Part shown: piece by piece, positions 31,492 through 40,722 of the stretch
Position numbering within the stretch: position 1 is the stretch's first letter
Layout of the letters: every line of letters begins with the position of its first letter
Assembly: GCA_964415965.1 (NCBI GenBank)
Contig: CAYQCK010000003.1
Span: 67,426 to 131,425, forward strand
DNA from: an uncultured Gammaproteobacteria bacterium
Lineage (GTDB): Bacteria > Patescibacteriota > Patescibacteriia > 2-12-FULL-60-25
Direction: 5' to 3'
DNA: 64,000 nucleotides
Program-made: the position numbers and the translations under genes
The notes under the pieces: model-generated
The model's database searches: none
What the model was told of the DNA's origin: nothing
What the model saw: the letters and a program-made list of their open reading frames with translations, nothing else

Positions 31492-32583
31492 CTATTCCTC
31501 CAGCGGAGGCAATTCTTCGCCTTCTTCGGCCGGCGCCGGCGGCAAGCGCGACGAGCTGCCGTTCTCGGCCAGTTCGCGTTCGCGCCACAGGGCGATGACC
31601 TTATCGCGGATTTCCTTGTGCAGCTGGGGACGCTCGCGCAACCCCATCTTGGCGTTCTCGCGGCCGATGCCCAGCTTCTCGGCGCCGTAGGCGTACGAGT
31701 TGCCCGACTTCTTGATGACTTCGTATTCGGTCCCCAGGTCGAGCAGGTCGCCGACCAGCGAGATGCCTTCGTTGTACATGATGTCGAATTCGCAGGTGCG
31801 GAACGGAGCCGCCACCTTGTTCTTCACGATCTTGCACTTGACCCGGTTGCCCAGGATCTTCTCGCCCAGCTTGATCTGGGCCGAGCGCCGGACCTCGACG
31901 CGCAGCGAGGAATAGAACTTGAGGGCCACGCCGCCGGTCGTCGTTTCCGGGTTGCCGAACACGACCCCGATCTTTTGACGCAGCTGATTGATGAAGATGA
32001 CTACCGTCTTGGTCTTGGACACGATGCTCGTGAGTTTACGCAGCGCCTGGCTCATGAGCCGGGCCTGGAGCCCCATGTGCGACTCGCCCATCTCGCCCTC
32101 GATTTCGGCCTTCGGCGTCAGGGCAGCCACGGAATCGACCACGACGACATCGACCGCGTTGGAACGGACAAGCGTCTCGACGATATCCAACGCCTGCTCC
32201 CCCGTATCCGGTTGCGAGATGAGGAGCTCGTCGACGTTCACCCCGATCTTCCGGGCGTAATCCGGATCCAGGGCGTGTTCCGCATCCACGAAAGCCGCGA
32301 TGCCGCCCATCTTCTGCACCTCGGCGATGATATGCTGGGCCAGGGTCGTCTTGCCCGAGGCTTCCGGACCGAAGACTTCGATGATGCGGCCGCGCGGAAC
32401 CCCCAGGACGCCCAATGCCAAATCGAGCGACAGGCAGCCAGTAGGCACGGCGTCCACGGCCATCTTCTTGGCCTCGCCGAGCCGCATGATGCTCCCCTCG
32501 CCGAAGCGTTCCTTGATCTGGTCGATAGCTTCTTGCGCCGCTAAACGGCGTTCGTCGCGCTCATCAGTTGGTTTTTTCGCCAT
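31492..32583 (-). CDS. recA: Recombinase RecA
   Basis: Full-length RecA with Walker A (GPEASGKTT) and L1/L2 loops. Confidence 0.98.
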   Translation of the reverse strand: MAKKPTDERDERRLAAQEAIDQIKERFGEGSIMRLGEAKKMAVDAVPTGCLSLDLALGVLGVPRGRIIEVFGPEASGKTTLAQHIIAEVQKMGGIAAFVDAEHALDPDYARKIGVNVDELLISQPDTGEQALDIVETLVRSNAVDVVVVDSVAALTPKAEIEGEMGESHMGLQARLMSQALRKLTSIVSKTKTVVIFINQLRQKIGVVFGNPETTTGGVALKFYSSLRVEVRRSAQIKLGEKILGNRVKCKIVKNKVAAPFRTCEFDIMYNEGISLVGDLLDLGTEYEVIKKSGNSYAYGAEKLGIGRENAKMGLRERPQLHKEIRDKVIALWRERELAENGSSSRLPPAPAEEGEELPPLEE

Positions 32584-32611
32584 AGTGTTTTGGAACTTGC
32601 GTTTCTTTAAG

Positions 32612-32630
32612 GTGTTCTAATTTTGTTCTA
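32612..32630. promoter_or_regulatory. Putative SOS (LexA) box upstream of recA: TAGAACAAAATTAGAACAC (minus strand)
   Basis: About 29 nt upstream of the recA start. 18/19 identical to the motif upstream of lexA (GTTC-N7-GTTC direct repeat). Confidence 0.55.
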
Positions 32631-32747
32631 CTCTCTCATATCCCACCTTACCATGCAAGAATCCGGATGTGGATAAAATAAATCAAGAGTAACGACCCCG
32701 AGCCAATGGCGCTCGGGGTCGAAGTTTATGAAAGCCAGCCTATTGGG

Positions 32748-34976
32748 TCACGGCACGGTCTCGATCCGGCCGTTGTAGTACGGCGGACCGTATTGGTTGG
32801 GCACCAGGACAAAAGCCAGGCCGCCTCCGGGCCCGGAAACCGTCAGGCTCCCGACCGTGGACCCGCATCCGCCGTTCCAGCACGACTGGTCGCCCCAGAA
32901 CTGCCCATTTGGCAAATCTATCTGGAACTCGAGCGGCGAACTTCCGGATTCGACGGTGAATTGACACTCGAGCTTGCCGTCGCCGGGAACCGCATCGGCG
33001 CAATCCGTGACCTGGCCCCAGGCCCGGACCGACTTGTCGGGCCGCTGCCACCAAGCGTTGAGCTTAATGGCACCGGGTGTGGCCGGACCGGTGTAGGCGA
33101 AACGGAGCATGGTCATCCCGTCCGGCGCCGGCTGGTCGGCGTCCGTCGTCCCGGCATCTGGCTTGGCCTGGCAAGCCGCGTCGTCCGCGCAAGCCGGATC
33201 GGCGCAATCGATGAATCCGTTGCAGTCGTCGTCGATGGTGTTGGCGCAACCCTCGGCGAACGGCCGGCAAGCTCCCCATGAACAGTCCGGCGCGTCACAG
33301 CGCTGTTGGCCGACCGTACCGCATTCCGAGACGCAGACCGGTCCGTCGAGCGCGCCCAGCCGGCAGAGGAAAATCTCGTCGACGGCTCCGTTGCCGTCAT
33401 CGTCAAGGCCGTTACAGGCCTCGGCCGGCTGATTGCCCGAACCCGCTTGGCCCTGTCCGGCATCGGCGTCCGCGGCCGGTTCACCATCGTCGTCCTCGCC
33501 CGGATAATCCTCCGGGTCGGCGCCGCCGCCGCAATCCCCGTCCGAAGGGCAGGGCGCAGGCAGAGCGCAGTCGAAGATGGAATCCCAATCCACGACTCCG
33601 GATTCGCGCGGCCCAGCCACGGCGTCGAGCACGTCGGCCGGGATGGCGACAACGCGTTCCCAGGCGTAACCGAGCTTCTCGAACACCTCGCCGCTCGCGA
33701 TGGGCCGCCGCGTCTGCCACGGCGTGACGATGCAGACTTCGCTCGCCTCGACCGCCTTGACCAGGCTCCCCGGCCGCAACCGGCGGAAGCCCTGTGCCGC
33801 ATACTTCGTCTCGGCCTGCTGGATCTTGGCCGCGTCCTTGGTCAGCTCGCTGAAATTGTAGCCCCAGGAGAACAAGGCCTCCTGGCGGATGGCGTCGAAC
33901 CGCTGGAGCTTGGCGTCGTAGGCCATGACCACGGTCGACGAACCCGGGCGTTGGTAGAGCGTCACCGGGCCCGCCGAGGCGACATCGCCGCTGCGGGCAT
34001 AGCATGCCAGCTCATCATCCGAGGCGCGGACCGCGCGCGATACGTCATATCGGTCTGACTGCATCACGGCCTCCGGGAGGCTGGCGAGTTCGGCTTCGCC
34101 GGAAACCAGCCAGTGGCCGCCCTGGGAATCCTCGAGGAGCGAACCCGGCGGATGGTGGCGCACGCCCACGTCCGGCGTGAGCGCCGGATCGCCGAGCGCC
34201 TTCAGCGTCAGCACCGGATCGCTCCATTCCGGATGGACGAGCTTGCCGGTCTGCGCATCCTTGGTGAACTCGCTCCGCGCCGCGTAGCCGCGCACCCATT
34301 TGTAGACGCCGCTGCGCGTGTAGCTCGCGGCCTGGTAGCGGCCCTGCCGGATGCCCCAGTGCAGATGATGCCAGTCCACGCTCTTGTCCGCGCCGTACCA
34401 GTAGTGACCGACGCGCCCGAGGTATTGGCCGCGGCGGACCAACGTCCCCCGCTTGGGGTTGCCGATCCGGGCGCTCGGGTCGTACGCTTGGCCGCTTTCG
34501 CATCTCACGTGGCCGAGGAGCGTCGTGAAGGCCTGGCCGTTCTGCAGCTCGTGTTCCAGCACGATGACGCAGCCGTAATAGTCCGGGTTGTAACGGCTCG
34601 TGGAGCCGTAACCCTTCAGCGTGATGTCGGTCGTGACGCGCACGATGCCGTCGGCCGGCGCCAGGACCAAAGTGCCGAAGGGCGTCTTGCCGACCTGCGT
34701 GTCGCGGGCCAGGTGGTAGCCGTAGGCCAGGCAGTTGCCATCGGCGTCTCGGGCCATGCAGATGAGCGTGTTCATGCTCCCGAAACCGAACCCGAGATCC
34801 GAGGCGTTCAGGCCTTGGAGCGGGAACTGGTAAGTGAAGGCATACGGGATGCCGGTCGCCGGGTCGGTCTGGATGCCCTGCTGGGCATTCTCCGATATTT
34901 CGCCCCTGTCCCCCGCCTGACCGCAGGCCGCCAAGCACACCGAACCAACCGCCAGAAAGAATCGCGTCAGTCTCAT
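32748..34976 (-). CDS. Lipoprotein with an M23-peptidase-like region and C-terminal Cys-rich MopE-like putative metal-binding repeats
   Basis: Lipobox LAACGQ. HHLHWG resembles the M23 HxH motif. Repeated C..DDDxNGxxDE / DDDCNGFIDCADPAC motifs. Confidence 0.55.
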   Translation of the reverse strand: MRLTRFFLAVGSVCLAACGQAGDRGEISENAQQGIQTDPATGIPYAFTYQFPLQGLNASDLGFGFGSMNTLICMARDADGNCLAYGYHLARDTQVGKTPFGTLVLAPADGIVRVTTDITLKGYGSTSRYNPDYYGCVIVLEHELQNGQAFTTLLGHVRCESGQAYDPSARIGNPKRGTLVRRGQYLGRVGHYWYGADKSVDWHHLHWGIRQGRYQAASYTRSGVYKWVRGYAARSEFTKDAQTGKLVHPEWSDPVLTLKALGDPALTPDVGVRHHPPGSLLEDSQGGHWLVSGEAELASLPEAVMQSDRYDVSRAVRASDDELACYARSGDVASAGPVTLYQRPGSSTVVMAYDAKLQRFDAIRQEALFSWGYNFSELTKDAAKIQQAETKYAAQGFRRLRPGSLVKAVEASEVCIVTPWQTRRPIASGEVFEKLGYAWERVVAIPADVLDAVAGPRESGVVDWDSIFDCALPAPCPSDGDCGGGADPEDYPGEDDDGEPAADADAGQGQAGSGNQPAEACNGLDDDGNGAVDEIFLCRLGALDGPVCVSECGTVGQQRCDAPDCSWGACRPFAEGCANTIDDDCNGFIDCADPACADDAACQAKPDAGTTDADQPAPDGMTMLRFAYTGPATPGAIKLNAWWQRPDKSVRAWGQVTDCADAVPGDGKLECQFTVESGSSPLEFQIDLPNGQFWGDQSCWNGGCGSTVGSLTVSGPGGGLAFVLVPNQYGPPYYNGRIETVP

Positions 34977-35070
34977 GGCCGATCACCTCTTATGTTGTGT
35001 GCCCTCGTTTTGAAGGTGCACCGTTTCCCAACTTCCGCCCGCTATGCATCCCGGGCGCAAACAGGAACGG

Positions 35071-35712
35071 CTAGGGCACGTCCACGGTCCGGACGTACAT
35101 CTCGATTTCGGGATGGAGTTTCTCGGGCCAGTTCGCGGCGTTCGGGTCCTGCAGGATGAGCACGCTCGTGGAGCCGACCAGGAGCAAGGCGGTGCCGCCG
35201 GCCAAACCACCCATCGGGATGAGGTAGGCCGTCTTGCCGGCCACGGTCGTTTTGGCAACGTCTTTTGATTTCAAAGCCTCCTCCAGCATCTTCTTGTCAG
35301 CGATGCGCGATTCCTCGATGACCAGGCCGACGCCCTTGTCGGCGACGAGCCGCACGACCGACTCGCGGTCCGGCGCCGTGCCGGCGACGTAGCTCATGCT
35401 CAACATCTTTTGGTCCTGCTGTCCGACAAACGTCCAGTTGGGCCCGAGCCCGCGCAGCACGTCGCTGCCGACGAACGCGGCGCTGGTCGGTTGCGGCAGG
35501 GCGAGCGGCTCATCGGCCGCATCCCCTTCGGCCGGCGAATTCTCCTGAAGATCCGCCTCCTGGAGGAGCCGACTCTGCTCTTCGGTCGAATACGGTTTGG
35601 CAATCGGTTTGCCCAAGCCCGGTATGTAGCGGTAGGCGACAAAAGTCAGCATGAGCACGCCCGCGCAGACGGCGAGGACTGTCTTGAAATCGTTGAACTT
35701 GATGGTCTTCAT
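35071..35712 (-). CDS. Hypothetical membrane-anchored protein
   Basis: 213 aa with an N-terminal TM (VLAVCAGVLMLTFVAY). No known domain. Confidence 0.5.
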   Translation of the reverse strand: MKTIKFNDFKTVLAVCAGVLMLTFVAYRYIPGLGKPIAKPYSTEEQSRLLQEADLQENSPAEGDAADEPLALPQPTSAAFVGSDVLRGLGPNWTFVGQQDQKMLSMSYVAGTAPDRESVVRLVADKGVGLVIEESRIADKKMLEEALKSKDVAKTTVAGKTAYLIPMGGLAGGTALLLVGSTSVLILQDPNAANWPEKLHPEIEMYVRTVDVP

Positions 35713-36185
35713 AGGGAATTAATGATACCTGATGCGCCGCCTGAGGCGAATATCCCGCGACAGGACATCGGACAAGGTTGGAAGCGGTCTGCATTCGCGC
35801 CGAGACGGGTTTGGCTTGGGACCTAAGTCCGGCCTGCCGTCTGCACCGGCGGCTGGCTTGCGCCGCGGTTGTCGAGACCGTCCGTGAGGCGCCGCTGGGG
35901 CGCGCGTCCGGCATACGTAGCTCTCTCCTCTGGTTCCGAGACCGGCTTCCCCGACATTGCCTGCGCCGACCCAGTTGCCGTACCAGGACGGGGCGCGCAC
36001 CAGGGCCGCTTGGTTATCTCTCCCTGGCCGCGCCCGGCAACTCCGGCCTCGGACCGCTTCCAACCTCTCCGTTTGTCTAGGTGCAGGATCTTGGCGATCC
36101 ATGCTTACACGCTAGCCCGCGCCGGTCGGCCGGGTCAAAGATTCTGTCTGTCGGCGCCGACAAACAGAACCACCGACGGGAAACC

Positions 36186-37748
36186 TCATCTTGGAATCAG
36201 GTTGAAACGGCTGAAATCGCTGTCGGCCGAGTCCGACAGATACGCTTCACCGACAGCGGTATCCACAGCCTGGTTTTGGGCTTCCGGCTTCTCCGCCAGC
36301 GTCTTCCACCAAAACCCAAGCCACAAATAGCTCGCGACGAGCATCAACCATTCCATCTTCGGCACCTGCCAATCCAACCACGGAACCAAGCGGCTTGCCC
36401 GGCTGATGAGGATGATGAGATGGGTCAAACCGTACGCCGGCAAGGACGCCAGCAGACCGCCTGGCCAGTCTCCCCAGACCGCCGTGACCGAACCCCACAG
36501 CATGGCCCACGGAACGAGCGGCAACGCCAAGGCGTTGGTCATGAGTCCGGCCAGGCTCATCCGGCCGAAAGCCCAGGCCAGATACGGCGAGGTCATGAGC
36601 GTCGCCCCGAAGGTCGTGGCCATAGTCTCGCGCAAACCGAACGTTTCGGGCACGCGCTCGAACCATCTTGAGAATATCGGCGTCCAGGCCAATAGCCCCC
36701 ACGTCGCGAGGAAGGACAGGGCGAAGCCGGGATCGAACGCGAGCAGCCACGGATTCGACAGGTTGAGGATGGCGGCCGCCATGAGCAGCAAGCGCCAAGT
36801 CCGGGCCATCCGGCCGACATGCCGCGCCAGGATGACGAGCCAACCCATGAAAGCCGCGCGCAAAACCGACGACGAAAAGCCCACGAACCCGACGAACGCC
36901 AGCAACGCGATGGTCACGAACCAGAACGCCTGCCGCCGCCTGAGGCCCATGCCCAAAGCCAGCGCCAAGCACATGCTGACCACGATGGTTACGTTCGAAC
37001 CCGACACGGCCACGAGATGCATCAGCCCGGCGCGCTTGAAATCCTCGTTCAATTCATCCGAAAAATCCTGTTCGCCGTAAAGTATCCCGGCGACGAGCGC
37101 CGCCTCATCCGGCGGCAGCACCCGCTGGATGCGCCCGGTCAACGACTTCCGCCAACGCGCGAGCCAGGTCAAAGGATTGAGCGATGACGGCGGCTCCAGC
37201 GTCCGCACCTCCGCTGCCGAACCGCACTCCGACCACACGCCCTTGCGGGCCAATGACTTGCGGCGCACGGCATTCGACGAGGATATCCCGGGGATCTTGG
37301 CCGTGCAGACGAAAGAGATTTTTGCTCCGACTTCAAGCCCGACGCCCGTCTTCATGGCTAACCTCTCCCCCGGCGACCTGACCACGGCGCCATTCACGGT
37401 CTCGAGTCGGACGACATGCGTCGCCGTCTTGCCCTGACCGGATACGGACAGCACGCGGCCGACGAAAGCCGCCGATGTATTCATCCAAAACAACTGCTTC
37501 GTCTCGGGGATGGTCGCATCGAAACGCCATATCCCGAACGCAAGACATGAACCCGCCACAAAGATGAGCCGCGCGACGCGGCGCTTAGAGGAATAGGCGA
37601 TCAAAAAACCCACGGCCGCCGATAGAGCGAACGGCCAAGCCGCGAAACGGACGAACGGCGCCAAGCCGTGGAGCGCGACGCCTGCCAAAAAAGCCGCCAT
37701 GCCCAAACCCAGGCTGCCCAACCTGTCCGGCAGACTCCGCCACCGCAT
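36186..37748 (-). CDS. comEC: ComEC/Rec2 family competence protein (no C-terminal MBL domain)
   Basis: Polytopic, with the competence motif LMHLVAVSGSNVTIV. The 520-aa length means the MBL nuclease domain is absent. Confidence 0.8.
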   Translation of the reverse strand: MRWRSLPDRLGSLGLGMAAFLAGVALHGLAPFVRFAAWPFALSAAVGFLIAYSSKRRVARLIFVAGSCLAFGIWRFDATIPETKQLFWMNTSAAFVGRVLSVSGQGKTATHVVRLETVNGAVVRSPGERLAMKTGVGLEVGAKISFVCTAKIPGISSSNAVRRKSLARKGVWSECGSAAEVRTLEPPSSLNPLTWLARWRKSLTGRIQRVLPPDEAALVAGILYGEQDFSDELNEDFKRAGLMHLVAVSGSNVTIVVSMCLALALGMGLRRRQAFWFVTIALLAFVGFVGFSSSVLRAAFMGWLVILARHVGRMARTWRLLLMAAAILNLSNPWLLAFDPGFALSFLATWGLLAWTPIFSRWFERVPETFGLRETMATTFGATLMTSPYLAWAFGRMSLAGLMTNALALPLVPWAMLWGSVTAVWGDWPGGLLASLPAYGLTHLIILISRASRLVPWLDWQVPKMEWLMLVASYLWLGFWWKTLAEKPEAQNQAVDTAVGEAYLSDSADSDFSRFNLIPR

Positions 37749-37831
37749 ATCCCAGAGCTACCACATCCGAAACCGACGTCCAGCCCATCCGGAACTGTGG
37801 ACGCCCGGCGCCTCGGTCAGACCAAACCGAC

Positions 37832-38797
37832 CTACAAGAGGCTATTGAACAGATAACCGATAAACGTGATCCCGATGCCGACAGTGGCGGCGAATATCAG
37901 GATAAGCTTAGGCTTCATCACTTTCTTCAGGATCATGAACTCCGGCAGCGATAAGGCGGTCACCGCCATCATGAAAGCCAATGTGGTCCCCATGGCCACG
38001 CCTTTCTGCGTCAATACGGATACGAGCGGGATTATGCCGGCCGCATTGGAATAAAGCGGGATGCCGACCAAGACAGCGAGCGGAACCGCGTACCATCTGC
38101 CGCTGCCGGCATGGTTAACCAAAAAATCAGCCGGCACGTACCCATGGATCCATGCCCCGACCCCGATACCGCTGAGGACATAAGGCCAAATTTTCCTGAG
38201 GACGTCGGACGTGTATCCCGCGGCATGCGACGCCCTTTGCCTTAAATTTGGCTTGGGCGAATCGACACCGGACTTGGCCTGATGCCGGAACACGAAAGGC
38301 TCGACCAGGTTCTCGACCTTCATCCGGCCGATGGCGACGCCCGCCCCGACCGCGATCGCCAAACCGCTGACGACGTAGATAAACGCCACCTTCCAGCCGA
38401 ACATGCCGAACAGCATGGCTAACGCGACTTCGTTGATCATGGGCGAAGCCACGAGGAACGAAAACGTGACGCCCAGCGGGACGCCGGCTTGGACAAAACC
38501 CAAAAACAACGGGACGGCCGAACATGAGCAGAATGGCGTGACGATGCCCAAGAGCCCAGCCGAAATATGCCCGACATACGGGTTTTTGCGCGCCAAGGCA
38601 AAGCGGATCCTCTCGGGCGGCAGATAGGAACGGATCACGGAGACGATGAAGATGATGGCAGTGAGGAGAATGAGGATTTTCACCGAATCGTAAATGAAAA
38701 ATACCGAAGCTTCAGCCAAGGGCGTTCGGCTCGGCAATCCGACAACGCTTAAGATGAACCACTCCGCCAAGCGATGCAGTGGCCAAAATATGTCCAT
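37832..38797 (-). CDS. Permease (COG0701/DUF318 family)
   Basis: Polytopic, with a CSCS motif (TPFCSCSAVPLF). Typically associated with redox-active disulfide protein 2 and ArsR. Confidence 0.75.
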   Translation of the reverse strand: MDIFWPLHRLAEWFILSVVGLPSRTPLAEASVFFIYDSVKILILLTAIIFIVSVIRSYLPPERIRFALARKNPYVGHISAGLLGIVTPFCSCSAVPLFLGFVQAGVPLGVTFSFLVASPMINEVALAMLFGMFGWKVAFIYVVSGLAIAVGAGVAIGRMKVENLVEPFVFRHQAKSGVDSPKPNLRQRASHAAGYTSDVLRKIWPYVLSGIGVGAWIHGYVPADFLVNHAGSGRWYAVPLAVLVGIPLYSNAAGIIPLVSVLTQKGVAMGTTLAFMMAVTALSLPEFMILKKVMKPKLILIFAATVGIGITFIGYLFNSLL

Positions 38798-38800
38798 AAC

Positions 38801-39058
38801 TCAACCGACGATGCGCCGGCCGATCAGCTCGACGATTTCCTCGGTCTCAGGCACTGAACCGGCCCATACCGGTTCTCCGTCGATCGCCAACACCGGACTG
38901 GACATGACCCCCATCTCGACTATCCTCTGGAGGTCGGTGACGTATTCGACCTCTGTAGCCAATTTCAATTCTGCGACGGCCGCCTGGGTCCTTTCGAACA
39001 GCCTTTTGCAGGACGGGCAGCCCGAACCGAAAACCTCGATCTTGACGTCAGCCTTCAT
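38801..39058 (-). CDS. Thioredoxin-family small protein (redox-active disulfide protein 2-like)
   Basis: 85 aa, CxxC (GCPSC). Confidence 0.75.
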   Translation of the reverse strand: MKADVKIEVFGSGCPSCKRLFERTQAAVAELKLATEVEYVTDLQRIVEMGVMSSPVLAIDGEPVWAGSVPETEEIVELIGRRIVG

Positions 39059-39365
39059 ATGTTTCGAAAAACGATTTAAGCGAAGAGTTGAATTTTGAAA
39101 CCGCCGATCTATCCATCGAATAGTAGGCCCTCAAACCATCCTTCCGTGAGCTGATGAGCCCCGCGTCCTTCAGGATTTTGAGGTGATGGGAAATCAGGTT
39201 TTGGGGCAGCTTAAGGAACCGCCAGATGTCGCATACGCACCTTTCACCCTCCTGCAGCATGCACAGGATCTTCAGCCTATTCGGTTCCGCCAGGACCTTG
39301 AAGGATTCCGCGGCCAAGGCGATTCCCCTGGCCGTCACGTTTTTCGCGCAGCATTTCGGCTTCAT
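39048..39365 (-). CDS. ArsR/SmtB family transcriptional regulator
   Basis: Start at the internal MKPKCCAKN (the track ORF extends to 39488). HTH segments LAEPNRLKILCML and SHHLKILKDAGLI. Cys-rich N-terminus. Confidence 0.75.
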   Translation of the reverse strand: MKPKCCAKNVTARGIALAAESFKVLAEPNRLKILCMLQEGERCVCDIWRFLKLPQNLISHHLKILKDAGLISSRKDGLRAYYSMDRSAVSKFNSSLKSFFETYEG

Positions 39366-39382
39366 ATCGGCATGTCGCGGCA

Positions 39383-39406
39383 ATATATCAATATAAATTG
39401 ATATAT
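39383..39406. promoter_or_regulatory. Perfect 10-4-10 inverted repeat ATATATCAAT-ataa-ATTGATATAT (candidate ArsR operator)
   Basis: Sits 18-41 nt upstream of the arsR-like start codon, between the kamA-like stop and arsR. Confidence 0.55.
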
Positions 39407-39426
39407 GCAAACTCCCGACGTCGGTT

Positions 39427-40497
39427 CTATGACGGCTCCCGATATTCCGCCTTTTCCCCGGACAACGTCTCGACGATCCAACCGCCACCTACTTTCTCGA
39501 GATATTGGTGCCCCAACGGCACCTTCCCCTTCCCGCCCGGCACGTCGAGCATGTAGCGCGGCAACGCGATGCCCGTCACTTTACCCTGCAGCCTCCGCAT
39601 GAACTCAAGACCCTGTTCGAGCGGCACCCGGAAATGGTTCGTACCCTCGGCCAAATCGAGCTGGTGCAGGTAATACGGCAAGACACGGATGTCGGTAAGC
39701 TTTTTGAACAAATCTTCGAGGACATTCGCGCTGTCATTCACGCCCTTGAGCAGCACGCTTTGGTTGCGCACGACGATTCCGTTGTCGACAAGCTTGGCCA
39801 CGGCCGCGACGTTCTCCTCAGCGATCTCGCGCGGATGGTTGAAATGCGTGACGACGTAAATCGGATGCGTCGCGTCCATGTGCCGGCGGAAAACCGCAAC
39901 GAGACCGTCGGTAATCCGCGACGGAAGATTCACCAACACCCGCGAATGGATGCGGATGCGCCGGATGGACGGGATGGCACGCAGGCCGCCGAGCCACTTC
40001 TCGAGCTGGCCGTCGGTCAGCGTCAGCGGGTCGCCGCCGGACAGGATGGCTTCTTCGATTTCCGGATGCTGCCTCAAATACTCGAAGATGCGTGCGACCT
40101 CGTCCGGCGTCGGGCCGGGTTCAACCGCGCCGGTGCGGCTGCGCCGGAAACAGAATCGGCACGATTGCGCGCAAAAAAACGTGCATAGGACGAGCGCCCG
40201 GTCCGGATACCGATGGACCAGGAACGGAACAGGCGACTTTTCACGGTCGCCGATCGGGTCAGACAGTTCGCCAACACAGGCCTCAAGTTCCCGCGTCTGT
40301 GGCAAACACATCCGGAGGAGAGGATCTTCATGATTCGTGAAATCAATCAGCTTCAGGGTATGCGGCGTGATGGCGAGCCGCATCTTAGCCACGACGCGGC
40401 GCAAGCTCGGCTGGTTGTCGAGCGGCACATGGCGCTCGAGGTCTTCGAGCGTGCGGATAGTGTCCCGCAGTTCTGTTTGCCAGGTTTCGGGAGGCAT
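39427..40497 (-). CDS. KamA-family radical SAM protein (lysine 2,3-aminomutase/EpmB-like)
   Basis: CxxxCxxC (CAQSCRFC) and KamA-family conservation. 356 aa. Confidence 0.85.
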   Translation of the reverse strand: MPPETWQTELRDTIRTLEDLERHVPLDNQPSLRRVVAKMRLAITPHTLKLIDFTNHEDPLLRMCLPQTRELEACVGELSDPIGDREKSPVPFLVHRYPDRALVLCTFFCAQSCRFCFRRSRTGAVEPGPTPDEVARIFEYLRQHPEIEEAILSGGDPLTLTDGQLEKWLGGLRAIPSIRRIRIHSRVLVNLPSRITDGLVAVFRRHMDATHPIYVVTHFNHPREIAEENVAAVAKLVDNGIVVRNQSVLLKGVNDSANVLEDLFKKLTDIRVLPYYLHQLDLAEGTNHFRVPLEQGLEFMRRLQGKVTGIALPRYMLDVPGGKGKVPLGHQYLEKVGGGWIVETLSGEKAEYREPS

Positions 40498-40613
40498 AGG
40501 GTTTGTTCATGATAAACACCGCCAGATTCTCTCGACATCCCGGCCAAGCGCAGCGCGAGCCGGGATCCACCGAGACCCCGGGTCGCGCCTTCAGGCTTGC
40601 CCGGGGTGTCGAT

Positions 40614-40644
40614 ATATTCAATAAACCGTGTTTATCACGGTTTA
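40614..40644. other. 13-bp perfect hairpin TCAATAAACCGTG-tttat-CACGGTTTATTGA between ugd and the kamA-like gene
   Basis: Read from the sequence. A second hairpin, GGCCCCG-tca-CGGGGCC, lies nearby at ~40672-40688. Confidence 0.4.
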
Positions 40645-40722
40645 TTGATGACGGAACCAAAATCTATCCGGCCCCGTCACGGGGCCGCCTTGGGCGGATT
40701 GAAGACTGATTTCGTCACCATG

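Noticed and set aside
35713-36185. RNase P RNA
   Set aside because: Only short P4-like strings (AAGUCCGGCC, ACCGGCUUC) are present and they are ~190 nt apart. The universally conserved GGGCA/AGGAAAGUC/ACAGAA blocks are absent on both strands.
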